A DNA stretch of 64,000 nucleotides from assembly GCA_963555825.3 (NCBI GenBank), contig CAUVXB020000001.1, positions 640,001 to 704,000 of the forward strand, written 5' to 3'. This document shows, one piece after another, positions 10,147-21,316 of the stretch (position 1 is the stretch's first letter; each line of letters begins with the position of its first letter). The notes beneath the pieces were generated by a model. It did no database searches. It saw only the letters and a list, made by a program, of their open reading frames with translations, and had not been told where the DNA came from. Position numbers and translations under genes: made by a program. This DNA is from Alphaproteobacteria bacterium (GTDB lineage: Bacteria; Pseudomonadota; Alphaproteobacteria; JAAXGF01).

Positions 10147-11054
10147 GTGCCGCCACCTCTCCCGGCACGGGTTTGGCCTACGGCCTCCAGCGGGTCTGTG
10201 CGGCCTGGGGTTTTGCCCGTTCCTCGTTCTACGCCATGAAATCCCGGCAGCAGGCCACCGCTGAGCGCCCACCAGCAAAGCGCCGGGGACCGAAGCCCTC
10301 GATCTCGGACGAGGCTCTGCTGGTGGCCATCGAGGCCGACCTGGAGGCATCCCCCTGGGAGGGCGAGGGACACCGCAAGGTCTGGGCTCGGCTTCGGGTC
10401 TGTCGTGGCATCCGTGTTTCCCGCAAGCGGGGGCTCCGGGTGATGCGCGAGAACAACCTGCTCTCGCCCCATCGCTGCCGCCGCCGTGGCGGAAATCCCC
10501 ATGTCGGTGAGATCATCACCCATGCCCCCAACCTCATGTGGGGCACGGACGGCGTTCGGGTGTTCACGGTGGACGACGGCTGGGGCTGGATATTCACCGC
10601 CATCGAGCATTGGAACGCCGAGTGCGTCGGCTGGCATGTGTGCAAGCGAGGCGACCGCTTCGCCGCCCTTCAGCCGATCTCCATGGGGCTTGCGAGGCTG
10701 TATGCCTCGACCTCCGCCGGTGCGGCGCGGGGGCTGGCCTTGCGGATGGATCACGGCTCCCAGTATCTGTCGGACCACTTCACCAACCAGATCAAGTTCT
10801 GGGGCATCCAGCCGTCCTACGCCTTCGTCGAACAGCCCCAGACCAACGGCGTCGCCGAGAGGTTCAATCGCACGCTCAAGGAACAGATCATCCATGGCCG
10901 CATCTACCGCAACATCGCGGAGCTGCGGAACGCCGTCCGCGGGTTCGTCGAACAGTACAATGCCCAGTGGATCGTGGAGAAGAACGGCTACCTGAGCCCC
11001 GCTCAAGCTCGTCAGGCGTGGCACACCGCGATGTCACTCAGGCCCGCCGCATGA
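10143..11054 (+). CDS. IS OrfB integrase-core (rve) DDE transposase, copy 1
   Basis: WGTD, RMDHGSQY, PQTNGVAERFNRTLKE; ATGA overlap with orfA. Confidence 0.92.
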   Translation: MSAATSPGTGLAYGLQRVCAAWGFARSSFYAMKSRQQATAERPPAKRRGPKPSISDEALLVAIEADLEASPWEGEGHRKVWARLRVCRGIRVSRKRGLRVMRENNLLSPHRCRRRGGNPHVGEIITHAPNLMWGTDGVRVFTVDDGWGWIFTAIEHWNAECVGWHVCKRGDRFAALQPISMGLARLYASTSAGAARGLALRMDHGSQYLSDHFTNQIKFWGIQPSYAFVEQPQTNGVAERFNRTLKEQIIHGRIYRNIAELRNAVRGFVEQYNAQWIVEKNGYLSPAQARQAWHTAMSLRPAA

Positions 11055-11243
11055 GACAAACTTGTGTCCAAGGAACCGGGTGCGATACACCAAACTGTCC
11101 AACAAAGTGGGACCACCTCAGACACTCGGCGGCCTGCGCGCTAAGGTTTCGGCTTGTCAAATTCGAAGGTGCCTATGAATGCACCGTCTGCATTTTCCAT
11201 TATCGTTTGGTGCAAGGCCGTAATTGTGAATTGGGGGGACAAG

Positions 11244-11720
11244 ATGACGTATCTACGAAACTTCAAGCCATGCGTGTTCGCAGTGGTATTTCTGGTGGCC
11301 GGGTTGGTTTCGACGAGTCCCGCCTTGGCGCACAGCGTGAGTGCACAGATCAAAGAGATAAGCGCGAAATGGGTAGCGGCTTTCAAACAGAGAGACTTCG
11401 TGATGATCGAAGCGCTCTACACGTAGGATGGATTGTTGCTTCCATCCAACTCGCCGCCGATCGAAGGTCCAAAGGCGGTCGTTGAAGTCTGGAAGAGTTG
11501 GCGCGAGCTCCCCAACGTCGCAATCGAATTCGGCGCCAACCGTATCGAAGTCTCTTCGTCGGGCGACATGGCGTATGACTACGGCTGGTACACATTCGCC
11601 TTCGATACCGACAATGGCCGCTTTGAGGACAAGGGCAAATACGTCGTCGTCTGGAAGAGGGTGGACGGCGCGTGGAAGGTCGCGGCCGACATTTTCAACA
11701 CGAACCTGCCTGCGGAATAG
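11244..11720 (+). pseudogene. Secreted SnoaL/DUF4440-like protein with an in-frame TAG at 11424-11426
   Basis: Signal peptide, then ALYT*DGLLLPSNSPPIEG...GDMAYDYGWY...GKYVVVWKRVDGAWKVAADIFN in one frame. Confidence 0.8.
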
Positions 11721-11870
11721 GGTTAATCCGTCAAACAGCGAGCGGCGCTGTACGAGGCGAGGGGTGACGCGGTCGCGCCGTCCGATGCTGGCTGCAAGCG
11801 GACTCGATGGCCGTACCACGTCAATTTCGAACTGAGACACGACCCGCTTCGAACTGAGACGCGAACCGCG

Positions 11871-12827
11871 TCAGCCCGAAGTTAGCGCCTTCATATACAA
11901 CGCGCGGTCGAGGTTGCCACCGGACAGGACGAGCGCGATCTTCTTGCCGCGCATCGCCTCGCGTTCCTTCAGGAGCGCGGCGAGTTGCGCGGCGCCGGCG
12001 CCCTCGGCGATGTTGTGGGTGTCCGAGAAGAGGTGGCCCATGGCGGCGAGGATTTCGTCTTCCGACACACTGACGACGCGCTCGGCGCCCTTCATGATGA
12101 TCTCGAGCGCGCGTTGGTCGGGCACGCGCACCGCCATGCCGTCGGCCAACGTGTCGGCCGCGTTGGTCGAGATCGACCGGCCGGCTTCGAACGACAGCGC
12201 GTAAGCCGCCGCCTTCTCGGCGACGACGCCGACCACCTTGGTGGCAAGCCCCAGCGCGTCGCGCGCGGCGATCGTGCCGCAGATGCCCGAGCCGAGCCCG
12301 ATCGGCACATAGATCGTGTCGAAATCGGGCGCCGCGCGCATCAGCTCGAGCCCGTAGCTCGCGACGCCCTTGACGAGCAACGGATCGAACGACGGCACCA
12401 TGTGCAGGCCGCGTTGCTCGGCGAGCGCCGTGGCATGGTCGAAGGCGGCGGTGAAGTCGTGACCGGCCTCGACGATCTCGGCGCCCAAGGCGCGCATCGC
12501 GTTATTCTTCTCGACGCTGTTGCCGTGCGGCGCGACGACCGTGGCGGTCATGCCGAGCGCGCGGGCGGCGAAGGCGACGCTCTGGCCGTGGTTGCCCCGC
12601 GTCGCGGCGATGACGCCTTCGAGGCCGGGATCGCGGCGCTTGATCTCGGCCATGTAGACCAGCCCGCCGCGCAGCTTGAACGAGCCGATCGGGGTGTGGT
12701 TCTCGTGCTTGACCCAGACCTCGCAGCCGCAGCGTTCCGAGAGCAGCGGCCAGTGGATCTGCGCGGTCGGCGTCACCGATCGGTGGACCAGCGCGGCGGC
12801 GGCTTCGAGTTCGGCGAGGCTCGGCAT
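11871..12827 (-). CDS. Threonine dehydratase-like PLP enzyme
   Basis: KHENHTPIGSFKLRG, TRGNHG, PIGLGSG, LSGGN; start may extend to 12860. Confidence 0.9.
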   Translation of the reverse strand: MPSLAELEAAAALVHRSVTPTAQIHWPLLSERCGCEVWVKHENHTPIGSFKLRGGLVYMAEIKRRDPGLEGVIAATRGNHGQSVAFAARALGMTATVVAPHGNSVEKNNAMRALGAEIVEAGHDFTAAFDHATALAEQRGLHMVPSFDPLLVKGVASYGLELMRAAPDFDTIYVPIGLGSGICGTIAARDALGLATKVVGVVAEKAAAYALSFEAGRSISTNAADTLADGMAVRVPDQRALEIIMKGAERVVSVSEDEILAAMGHLFSDTHNIAEGAGAAQLAALLKEREAMRGKKIALVLSGGNLDRALYMKALTSG

Positions 12828-12991
12828 TTTGGCTCTCGATATGACGTTGGGCTGTCCCATCGTGGCCGAAGCGGGTGGCCTGGGTAAAGGCCGAATGCGC
12901 GGCCTTCCCGTGGCTCGCGTCGCCGGGTGAATTGGGTTACCGTGACCGGGTCGGCGGCGCTTCGATTTACGCGTGAGTTGGGAATGACACC

Positions 12992-13759
12992 ATGAGGTTC
13001 GACGGTAAATCGGTGCTGATCACCGGTGCGACATCTGGCATCGGGGCGGCGACGGCGCGCGCGTTCGCCGCCCTCGGCGCCGATCTGCTGCTCACCGGGC
13101 GCGACGAGGCGCGCGGCGCCGCGGTGCTTGGCTCGATCGCGGATGCCGCCGGTAAAGCGGCGTTCGTCGCCGCCGACGTGCGCGACGCGGCAACGGGCGA
13201 TGTGCTGGTCGCCGACGCGGTGGCGCGCTTCGGCCGGCTCGACGTGCTGGTCAACAATGCCGGCATCATCTACCGCGCGACCGCCGAGGAGACCACCGAC
13301 GAGCAGTGGCGCGACACCATGGCGGTCAACGTCGACGCGGTCATGCATTTCAGCCGCGCGGCGGTGCGCGTCATGAAGGACCAGGCCGGCGGCGGCGCGA
13401 TCGTCAACGTCGCCTCCGACGCCTCGTTCGTCGCCGGGCGCAGGTCGGCGGCCTACTGTACGAGCAAGGGGGCGGTGATCCAGCTGACGCGCGCCATGGC
13501 GCTCGACCACGCGAGGCAGGGCATCCGGGTCAATTCGGTGTGTCCGACCGACGTCGAGACGCCGATGCTGGCGGGCGAGGCCGGGCAGCTCGGCATCGCG
13601 CCCGCCGATTATTTTGCCGCATCGGCGAAATCGGTTCCCATGGGCCGCATCGGCCAGCCTGAAGACGTCGCCAATGCGATCGTCTTCCTGGCCTCGGACC
13701 GCGCGTCGTTCATTACCGGCACCGGCCTTCTGGTCGATGGCGGCGCGACGGCGCAGTAA
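12992..13759 (+). CDS. SDR family oxidoreductase
   Basis: [17 protein letters not shown]. Confidence 0.93.
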   Translation: MRFDGKSVLITGATSGIGAATARAFAALGADLLLTGRDEARGAAVLGSIADAAGKAAFVAADVRDAATGDVLVADAVARFGRLDVLVNNAGIIYRATAEETTDEQWRDTMAVNVDAVMHFSRAAVRVMKDQAGGGAIVNVASDASFVAGRRSAAYCTSKGAVIQLTRAMALDHARQGIRVNSVCPTDVETPMLAGEAGQLGIAPADYFAASAKSVPMGRIGQPEDVANAIVFLASDRASFITGTGLLVDGGATAQ

Positions 13760-13767
13760 CCGGGCGG

Positions 13768-15375
13768 ATGACGATCCTCGAAACGGCGATCGACCCGCGG
13801 AGCGCGACATTCCGCGACAACGCCGCGATCATGACCGGGCTGGTCGAAGACTTGGCCGCGCAAGTCGCGACGATCAGGGAGGGCGGTGGCGAGAAGGCGC
13901 GCGCGCGGCATCTCGCACGCGGCAAGCTGTTGCCGCGCGAGCGGGTCGAGACGTTGCTCGACGTCGGCGCGCCGTTCCTCGAGTTCAGCCAGCTCGCCGC
14001 CCATGGGGTTTACGACGAGGCGGTACCGGCGGCCGGCCTGATCGCCGGCATCGGCCGCATCGAGGGCCGCGAATGCGTCGTCGTCGCCAATGACGCCACG
14101 GTCAAGGGCGGCACCTACTATCCGCTCACCGTGAAGAAGCACCTGCGCGCCCAGGAGATCGCCCGCGAGAACAACCTGCCCTGCGTCTATCTGGTCGATT
14201 CGGGCGGCGCCAACTTGCCGCGCCAAGAGGATGTCTTTCCCGACCGCGACCATTTTGGGCGCATCTTCTACAACCAGGCGACGCTGTCGGCGGCCAATAT
14301 CCCCCAGGTCGCCGTCGTCATGGGCTCGTGCACCGCGGGCGGCGCCTATGTGCCGGCGATGTCCGACGAGGCGGTCATCGTCGAAGGGCAGGGGACGATC
14401 TTCCTGGGCGGCCCGCCGTTGGTCAAGGCGGCGACCGGCGAGGTGGTCAGCGCCGAGGAGCTCGGCGGCGCCGATGTCCATGCGCGCGTCTCGGGCGTCG
14501 CCGATCACGCGGCGCGCGACGACGTCCACGCGCTGGCCATCGCGCGGCGCATCGTCGCCAACCTGAACCGCGTCAAGGCGCCGGCGCTCGACCTCGCCGA
14601 GCCCGAGGCGCCGCGCCACGACCCGGCCGAGATCCATGGCGTCGTGCCGGCCGATCCGCGCAAGCCCTACGACGTGCACGAGGTCATTGCGCGCATCGTC
14701 GACGCCAGCCGGTTCGACGAATTCAAGAAGCGCTATGGCGCGACGCTGGTAACCGGCTTCGCGCGCATCTTCGGCTATCCCGTCGGCATCGTCGCGAACA
14801 ACGGCATCCTGTTTTCCGAATCGGCGCTCAAGGGCGCCCACTTCGTCGAGCTGTGCAGCCAGCGCGGTATCCCGCTGATCTTCCTGCAGAACATCACCGG
14901 CTTCATGGTCGGCAAGAAGTACGAGGCCGGCGGCATTGCCAAGGACGGCGCCAAGATGGTCACCGCGGTGGCCTGCGCGCGCGTGCCCAAGCTGACCGTC
15001 ATCATCGGCGGCAGCTTCGGCGCCGGCAACTACGCCATGTGCGGCCGCGCCTACGGCCCGCGCTTCCTGTGGACCTGGCCCAACGCGCGCATCTCGGTGA
15101 TGGGCGGCGAGCAGGCGGCGAGCGTGCTGGCACAGGTGCGCCGCGACAACATCGAGGCGCGCGGCGAGAACTGGAGCGCCGACGACGAGGCGGCGTTCAA
15201 GGCGCCGATCGTGGCGCGCTACGAGGCCGAGGGGCACCCCTATTACGCCTCGGCCCGGCTGTGGGACGACGGCATCATCGACCCCGCCGAGACGCGCATG
15301 GTGCTCGGCCTCGGCCTCTCGGCCGCGCTCAACGCGCCGATCGAGAAGACCACGTTTGGTGTCTTCAGAATGTAA
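13768..15375 (+). CDS. liuB: 3-methylcrotonyl-CoA carboxylase beta (carboxyltransferase) subunit
   Basis: [39 protein letters not shown]. Confidence 0.93.
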   Translation: MTILETAIDPRSATFRDNAAIMTGLVEDLAAQVATIREGGGEKARARHLARGKLLPRERVETLLDVGAPFLEFSQLAAHGVYDEAVPAAGLIAGIGRIEGRECVVVANDATVKGGTYYPLTVKKHLRAQEIARENNLPCVYLVDSGGANLPRQEDVFPDRDHFGRIFYNQATLSAANIPQVAVVMGSCTAGGAYVPAMSDEAVIVEGQGTIFLGGPPLVKAATGEVVSAEELGGADVHARVSGVADHAARDDVHALAIARRIVANLNRVKAPALDLAEPEAPRHDPAEIHGVVPADPRKPYDVHEVIARIVDASRFDEFKKRYGATLVTGFARIFGYPVGIVANNGILFSESALKGAHFVELCSQRGIPLIFLQNITGFMVGKKYEAGGIAKDGAKMVTAVACARVPKLTVIIGGSFGAGNYAMCGRAYGPRFLWTWPNARISVMGGEQAASVLAQVRRDNIEARGENWSADDEAAFKAPIVARYEAEGHPYYASARLWDDGIIDPAETRMVLGLGLSAALNAPIEKTTFGVFRM

Positions 15376-15390
15376 CCCGGAGGCGGCGAC

Positions 15391-16185
15391 ATGAGCGAAG
15401 ACAGCGTCCTTCTCAATGCATCGCCGGGCGGCGTCGCGACGATCACGCTGAACCGGCCAGAGGTGCACAACGCGTTCAACGAGCATGTCGTCGAGCGCCT
15501 GAACGACATCCTCGACGAGCTCGCCGGCGCCGACGGCGTGCGCGCGGTGCTGCTCGACGCCGTCGGCAAGAGCTTCTCGGCCGGCGCCGACCTCGACCTG
15601 ATGCGCCGCGCCGCCGAGGATTTCACCGAGGGCGACAACCTCGAGGACGCGCGCGCGATGGGCGAAATGTGGCACCGCCTCGCCACCCTGCCCAAGCCGA
15701 CCATCGCCTTGGTCCAGGGCGCGGCCTATGGCGGCGGCGTCGGCTTGGTCGCCGCCTGCGACATCGCGATCGCCACCAGGGACGCCGTCTTCAGCCTCTC
15801 CGAGGTCAAGCTGGGGCTGATTCCCTCGACCATCTCGCCCTATTTCATCGAAGCCGTCGGCGCCCGGCACGCCCGGCGCTACATGATGACTGGCGAACGC
15901 TTCGATGCCGATGAGGCGCGGCGCATCGGCTTGGTGCACGAGGTCGTCGATGACGTGCCGGGTCTCGCCGCCGCCGCCGAGGCGATCGTCACGCAGATCT
16001 ACGCCGCCGCGCCGGGTGCCGTGGCCGAGACGAAAGCGCTCGTCAGCGACGTCGCCGGCCGGCCGATCGACCATCACCTGATCGAGCAACGGGCGAAGGG
16101 CATCGCCCATCGCCGGGCGACCGACGAAGCGCGCGAGGGCGTCGCCGCCTTCCTCGCCAAGCGCAAGCCCGCCTGGCGCGACTGA
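15391..16185 (+). CDS. liuC: Enoyl-CoA hydratase (methylglutaconyl-CoA hydratase-like)
   Basis: LNRPEVHNAF, FSAGADL, SEVKLGLIP; position within the liu cluster. Confidence 0.85.
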   Translation: MSEDSVLLNASPGGVATITLNRPEVHNAFNEHVVERLNDILDELAGADGVRAVLLDAVGKSFSAGADLDLMRRAAEDFTEGDNLEDARAMGEMWHRLATLPKPTIALVQGAAYGGGVGLVAACDIAIATRDAVFSLSEVKLGLIPSTISPYFIEAVGARHARRYMMTGERFDADEARRIGLVHEVVDDVPGLAAAAEAIVTQIYAAAPGAVAETKALVSDVAGRPIDHHLIEQRAKGIAHRRATDEAREGVAAFLAKRKPAWRD

Positions 16186-16190
16186 ATACC

Positions 16191-18167
16191 GTGTTCGACA
16201 CGCTGCTCATCGCCAATCGCGGCGAGATCGCTTGCCGGGTGATGCTCACGGCGCGACATATGGGTTTGCGCTGCATCGCCGTCTATACCGAGCCGGACGC
16301 GGACGCCATGCACGTCGGCGAAGCCGACGCGGCGTATCCGCTCGGCGACTCGAGCGGTTACCTCGACGGTGAGGCGGTGCTGGAAGCGGCGCGCGCGAGC
16401 GGCGCCCAGGCGATCCATCCGGGTTACGGTTTCCTGGCCGAGAACGCCGGTTTCGCCGAGTCCTGTGCGGATGCCGGCATCACCTTCGTCGGACCGCCGG
16501 CGCAGGCGATCCGCGGCATGGGCGAGAAGGACGCGGCGCGCGCCTTGATGATCGAGGTCGGCGTGCCCGTGGTGCCGGGCGACGACGGTTCCGACCAGGC
16601 CGACGATGCGCTCGCCGCGGCGGCCGAGCGCGTCGGCTACCCCGTGCTGCTCAAGCCGACGGCGGGTGGTGGCGGCAAGGGCATGCGCGTCGTCGACAAG
16701 GCGACCGATTTCGCTACCGCCTTGATTGCCGCGCGCCGCGAGGCCACGGCGGCGTTCGGCGATGACCGCATCCTCGTCGAGAAATTTCTTTCGCGGCCGC
16801 GCCATATCGAGGTTCAGGTCTTCGGCGACGCCCAGGGCAACCTCGTGCATTTGTTCGAGCGCGAATGCTCGCTCCAGCGCCGCCACCAGAAGATTGTCGA
16901 GGAGGCGCCGGCGCCCGGGCTCGACGCGGCGCTGCGCCAAGGCCTCGCCGACGCGGCGCTGGCGGCGGCGCGCGCCGTCGGTTATGTCGGCGCCGGCACG
17001 GTCGAGTTCCTGGTCGAAGCCGATGGTGGTTTCTACTTCCTCGAGATGAACACCCGGCTGCAGGTCGAGCATGCGGTGAGCGAGATGATCACCGGCTTCG
17101 ACCTTGTCGAGTGGCAGTTGCGTGTCGCCGCCGGCGAGCCGTTGCCCCGGCGCCAGGACGAGATCGTGCAGCGCGGCCATGCCATCGAGGCACGGCTCTA
17201 TGCCGAGGACCCGGCGCGGGACTTTATGTCGGCACCGGGGCTGATCACGCATCTCCGCACACCCGCCCAAGACATTCATTGTCGCGTCGATACGGGTGTC
17301 TGCGCGGGCGCGACGGTGAGCATTCACTACGACCCGATGATCGCCAAGCTGGTCGTCTGGGACGCGGACCGCGGCGCGGCGCTCCGCCGGCTACGCGCGG
17401 CGCTCGGCGAGACGCAGATCGCCGGCCCGCTCACCAACGTCGACTTCCTGACGTCGCTCGCGGCACACCCCGACGTTGCCGCCGGCAGCGTCGACACCGG
17501 TTGGGTCGAGCGCCACGTCGCGGCGTTGGTCGGCGAAGCGGCGTTGACGCCCGACCGTGTGCTGGCGCTCGCCAGCCTCGACTGGCTGCTGCGCCGCAAG
17601 ACCGCCGCCGCGGGCGCACCGGGCGATCCCAATTCGCCGTGGGATTTGGCTACCGGCTGGCGGCTCAACCACCGCGCACGGCACGACCTCCATTACCTCG
17701 ACGGCGAGGCCGAGCGGGTCGTCGGCGCCGTGTTCCTTGCCGACGGCTATCGCCTCGGGCCAGTCGTCGCGACGGGCGAACGGGACGGGGCGGGCGAGTT
17801 GACGGCGATGTTGGATGGCGTTCGCATGACCGCCACGGTGGTCGAGCGCGGCCTTGACGTCACGGTGTTCGCCGACGGCCGCTGCCATCGCCTGCGCCGC
17901 CACGACCCGCTCGATGTGGCCGGCGCCGATGCCGTGGCCGGTGGGCGCTTGACCGCGCCGATGCCGGGGCGGATCGCCGCCGTGCTGGTCGAGCCTGGCG
18001 CCGTGGTCGCGCGCGGTGCGCCGTTGATCGTGCTCGAGGCGATGAAGATGGAGCATTCGATCACGGCGCCCGCCGACGGCCGCGTCGATCGTGTCAACTA
18101 CGCCGTCGGCGACCTGGTCGAGGAGGGCGCCGAACTGGTCGCCATCGGCGTCGAGGGTGAGGAGTGA
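16191..18167 (+). CDS. liuD: 3-methylcrotonyl-CoA carboxylase alpha (biotin) subunit
   Basis: [28 protein letters not shown], biotin site EAMKM. Confidence 0.92.
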   Translation: MFDTLLIANRGEIACRVMLTARHMGLRCIAVYTEPDADAMHVGEADAAYPLGDSSGYLDGEAVLEAARASGAQAIHPGYGFLAENAGFAESCADAGITFVGPPAQAIRGMGEKDAARALMIEVGVPVVPGDDGSDQADDALAAAAERVGYPVLLKPTAGGGGKGMRVVDKATDFATALIAARREATAAFGDDRILVEKFLSRPRHIEVQVFGDAQGNLVHLFERECSLQRRHQKIVEEAPAPGLDAALRQGLADAALAAARAVGYVGAGTVEFLVEADGGFYFLEMNTRLQVEHAVSEMITGFDLVEWQLRVAAGEPLPRRQDEIVQRGHAIEARLYAEDPARDFMSAPGLITHLRTPAQDIHCRVDTGVCAGATVSIHYDPMIAKLVVWDADRGAALRRLRAALGETQIAGPLTNVDFLTSLAAHPDVAAGSVDTGWVERHVAALVGEAALTPDRVLALASLDWLLRRKTAAAGAPGDPNSPWDLATGWRLNHRARHDLHYLDGEAERVVGAVFLADGYRLGPVVATGERDGAGELTAMLDGVRMTATVVERGLDVTVFADGRCHRLRRHDPLDVAGADAVAGGRLTAPMPGRIAAVLVEPGAVVARGAPLIVLEAMKMEHSITAPADGRVDRVNYAVGDLVEEGAELVAIGVEGEE

Positions 18168-18168
18168 C

Positions 18169-19074
18169 ATGGCGTTTCCCCAATGTGTGACGATTGTCGA
18201 GGTCGGCGCGCGCGACGGCTTGCAGAACGAGCCGGAAATCGTTCCGACCGACGTCAAGGTCGCGCTGATCGACCGGCTTTCGGCGGCGGGATTGCCCGTC
18301 GTCGAGGCGACCAGCTTCGTTTCGGCGCGCTGGGTGCCGCAGCTCTCGGACGCAACAGATGTCATGGAAATAATCACTAAAAAATATAAGGTTAGGTATC
18401 CTGTTTTGACACCGAACATGAAGGGATTCGACGCGGCGATGACGGCCGGCGCCGAGGAAATCGCCGTGTTCGGCGCAGCGTCGGAGAGTTTTTCGCGAAA
18501 CAACATCAACTGCTCGATCGATGAGAGCCTGGAACGCTTCCGACCGGTCTGCGAGGCGGCGGCCGAGCGCGGCGTTCGCGTGCGCGGCTACGTGTCCTGC
18601 GTTCTCGGCTGTCCTTACGAAGGCGAAATCGCACCCGCGCAGGTCGCGCGCGTCGCGAGCGACCTGGTCTCAATGGGCTGTGCGGAAATCTCGTTGGGCG
18701 ACACGATCGGCGTCGGCACGCCCGCCAAGGCGCGCGCGATGGTCGAGGCGGTCGCCGCCGAAGTGCCGATCGAGCGGCTCGCCGCGCATTTCCACGACAC
18801 CTACGGCCAGGCGTTGGCCAACCTTCACGCGGTGCTCGAATTGGGCGTCGCCACCGTCGACACGTCGGTCGCCGGATTGGGCGGCTGCCCCTACGCGCCT
18901 GGCGCGGCGGGCAACGTCGCCACCGAGGACGTGGTCTATATGCTGCACGGCCTCGGCATCGGGACCGGCGTCGATCTCGACGCGCTGGTCGAGGCCGGCT
19001 GGTACATCTGCGACGCGCTGGGCCGGCCACCGGCATCGAAGGTATCGCTGGCGCTGCGCGGGCGCCGGCCATGA
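18169..19074 (+). CDS. hmgL: Hydroxymethylglutaryl-CoA lyase
   Basis: [29 protein letters not shown]. Confidence 0.95.
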   Translation: MAFPQCVTIVEVGARDGLQNEPEIVPTDVKVALIDRLSAAGLPVVEATSFVSARWVPQLSDATDVMEIITKKYKVRYPVLTPNMKGFDAAMTAGAEEIAVFGAASESFSRNNINCSIDESLERFRPVCEAAAERGVRVRGYVSCVLGCPYEGEIAPAQVARVASDLVSMGCAEISLGDTIGVGTPAKARAMVEAVAAEVPIERLAAHFHDTYGQALANLHAVLELGVATVDTSVAGLGGCPYAPGAAGNVATEDVVYMLHGLGIGTGVDLDALVEAGWYICDALGRPPASKVSLALRGRRP

Positions 19075-19087
19075 CCGACGCGGCGGC

Positions 19088-20476
19088 ATGAGGGCGATCG
19101 GGATTTCCCACGGCGTCGCCGGCCTTTCGACGGTCTTCGCCGTCGCACTGCTCGTCGTGCCCGTACCGGCCGGGGTGCCCGCCGGCGTTATGACGGCCGC
19201 GGCGCTCGCCGTGTTGGCGATCGGTTTTTGGGCGAGCGCGGTGCTGCCCGAACACGTCACGGCGCTCGGTTTCTTCCTGTTCGCCGTGTTGTTCACCGTG
19301 GCGCCGCCCGCCGTGGTCTTCTCGGGTTTCCACTCGACCGCGCTCTGGCTGGTCTTCGGTGGCCTGATCCTCAGCGTCGCGATCAAGCGCAGCGGGCTTG
19401 GCACGCGCATCGCGCGCACACTGGCGCGCCGACTGCTCGGCACCAGCTACCCGGCGATCATCGGCGGCGTCGTGGCGATCGCCGCGGTGCTCGCGTTCTT
19501 CGTGCCGTCGGCGATGGGGCGTATCCTGATGTTCGCGCCGATCGTCATGGCGCTCGCCGAACGCCTCGGCTTCGCGCCCGGCAGCCGGGGCTACACCGGC
19601 ATGGTACTGGCCGCCTGCCTGGGTACCAGCCTCGCCGGCTTCACCATCCTGACCGGCAACGTGCCCAACATGGTGCTGATCGGCGCCAGCGAAACGCTCT
19701 ATGACTTCGTGCCGGCCTACGGCGCCTATCTGTTGCTGCACTTCCCGGTGACCGGCGCGCTCAAGCTGGTCATGCTGGTCGGCTGTGTCTGCCTGCTGTT
19801 TCCCGACCGTCCCCATCCGGTCGATGACGACGAGGAGGAACCACCGGCCGATGACGGATCGGCGCGCCGCCTGATGATCATCCTGGTGGCGGCGCTGGCG
19901 TTGTGGTCGACCGACTTCATCCACCATATATCGCCCGCCTGGATCTCCCTGGCGGCCGCCATCCTGTGCCTGCTGCCGCGCATCGGCATGGTGCCGCCAA
20001 GCGCCTTCAACGGCGAGGTAAACTTCTCGTCGCTGTTCTTCGTCGCCGGCATCCTGGGTTTGGGCGCGATGATCGCCGATTCGGGGCTCGGCGATTACCT
20101 CGCCGGCGCGCTGGTCGAGATCGCCGGTCTGGTGCCGGGCGAGAACGGCCGCAACTTCGCGGTCATGGCGCTGATCTCGATACTGCTGTGTATCGTGACG
20201 ACCGTACCCGGTGTGCCCGCCGTCATGACGCCGCTCGCCGGCGGCATGGCCGCGGCCTCGGGTCTGCCGCTCGAGACTGTGCTGATGACCCAGGTGATCG
20301 GCTTCTCGACGCTGATCTTCCCCTACCAGACGCCGCCGGTGACCGTCGGCATGCAGCTCGCCGGCATTGGAAATCGCGACGCCCTGCGTCTCATGGCGTT
20401 GCTGTCGGCGCTCACCCTATTCGTTCTGCTGCCGCTGAATTTTGCCTGGTGGTCGTTGCTCGGTTATTTGCCGTGA
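19088..20476 (+). CDS. SLC13/DASS family permease
   Basis: Multi-TM; VPSAMGR, ILTGNVPN, FPYQTPP. Confidence 0.85.
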   Translation: MRAIGISHGVAGLSTVFAVALLVVPVPAGVPAGVMTAAALAVLAIGFWASAVLPEHVTALGFFLFAVLFTVAPPAVVFSGFHSTALWLVFGGLILSVAIKRSGLGTRIARTLARRLLGTSYPAIIGGVVAIAAVLAFFVPSAMGRILMFAPIVMALAERLGFAPGSRGYTGMVLAACLGTSLAGFTILTGNVPNMVLIGASETLYDFVPAYGAYLLLHFPVTGALKLVMLVGCVCLLFPDRPHPVDDDEEEPPADDGSARRLMIILVAALALWSTDFIHHISPAWISLAAAILCLLPRIGMVPPSAFNGEVNFSSLFFVAGILGLGAMIADSGLGDYLAGALVEIAGLVPGENGRNFAVMALISILLCIVTTVPGVPAVMTPLAGGMAAASGLPLETVLMTQVIGFSTLIFPYQTPPVTVGMQLAGIGNRDALRLMALLSALTLFVLLPLNFAWWSLLGYLP

Positions 20477-20518
20477 ACCGCCGGCGGATGCTATGCACTC
20501 GAATCGAGGAGAGATAGA

Positions 20519-21316
20519 GTGGGCGTATTCGACACAGACGAATTCGACGACCACGAACGCGTCGTCTTCTGCCGCGACCCCGAGGCGGGTCTGCGCGCGA
20601 TCATCGCGGTTCACTCGACCGTTCTCGGACCGGCGCTCGGCGGTTGCCGCATGTGGCCCTACGGCTCCGAGGCCGACGCGCTGACCGACGCGCTGCGCCT
20701 CAGCCAGGCGATGACGTACAAGCATGCGCTGGCGGGCACGGGGCAGGGTGGCGGCAAGGCGGTCATCATCGGCGACGCCAAGACCGACAAGACACCCGTG
20801 CTGATGCGCGCCATGGGACGTGCCGTCGATGCGCTGGGCGGGCGCTACATCGTCGCCGAGGACGTCGGCACATCGGTCGAGGACATGGCCGCGGTGCGCG
20901 AGGTGACGCGCCATGTCGCGGGCATCGCCGAGGGCGGTAGCGGCGATCCGTCGCCGGTCGACGTCTTCGCGCCCTGTGCGCTGGGCGGCGTCCTGAACAA
21001 TCGGACGATCCCCGCGATCGCCGCGCCGATCGTCGCCGGCGCCGCCAACAACCAGCTCGACGAGGAAAGCGATGGCACGGCACTCGCCGGGCGCGGCATC
21101 CTCTATGCCCCCGATTATGCGATCAACGCCGGCGGCATCATCAACATCGCCTTCGAGGGCGATTATGACCGCGATCTGGCGATGCGTCGGACCGAAGGCA
21201 TCTTCGACACGTTGCTCGAGATCTTCCGGCGCGCCGACGCCGAGGGCGTGCCGACCAATCAAGTGGCCGACCGTCTGGCGGTCGAGCGAATAGAAACGGC
21301 GAGGAGCCCGGGCTAA
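20519..21316 (+). pseudogene. Leu/Val/Phe dehydrogenase with an in-frame internal deletion
   Basis: GPALGGCR, MTYK, GGGKAVI, AEDVGT present, but GDPSP is joined directly to VDVFAPCALG and the GxGxxG segment is absent; 265 aa. Confidence 0.8.

Larger units (their letters stand above)
9670..11089 (+). mobile_element. IS3-like element, copy 1 (1420 bp), no flanking duplication
   Basis: TG...CA ends, imperfect ~28-bp IRs with core tccttggacaca; same ORFs as copies 2 and 3. Confidence 0.92.
9435..11120 (+). mobile_element. Gutted IS3-family element (both ends intact) hosting a second IS
   Basis: IRs tgaggtggtccc..ggacag and ctgtcc..gggaccacctca; 3-bp duplication gac at 9432-9434 and 11121-11123; only 266 bp of own sequence left. 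Confidence 0.8.
9245..11845. mobile_element. Putative non-autonomous cassette bounded by inverted repeats
   Basis: gggtcgtgttgagtttgaaatt (9245-9266) vs aatttcgaactgagacacgaccc (11823-11845), with a second partial copy at about 11848-11868; no clear target duplication. Confidence 0.5.

Noticed and set aside
9390-11143. 21-codon ORF restored by removing the outer IS3
   Set aside because: Too short and featureless to support despite an upstream purine-rich stretch
13609-16110. Long antisense or alternate-frame ORFs (e.g. the 833-aa minus-strand ORF and many similar)
   Set aside because: Shadow ORFs of high-GC coding sequence, Arg/Ala/Gly-rich with no motifs and overlapping well-supported genes
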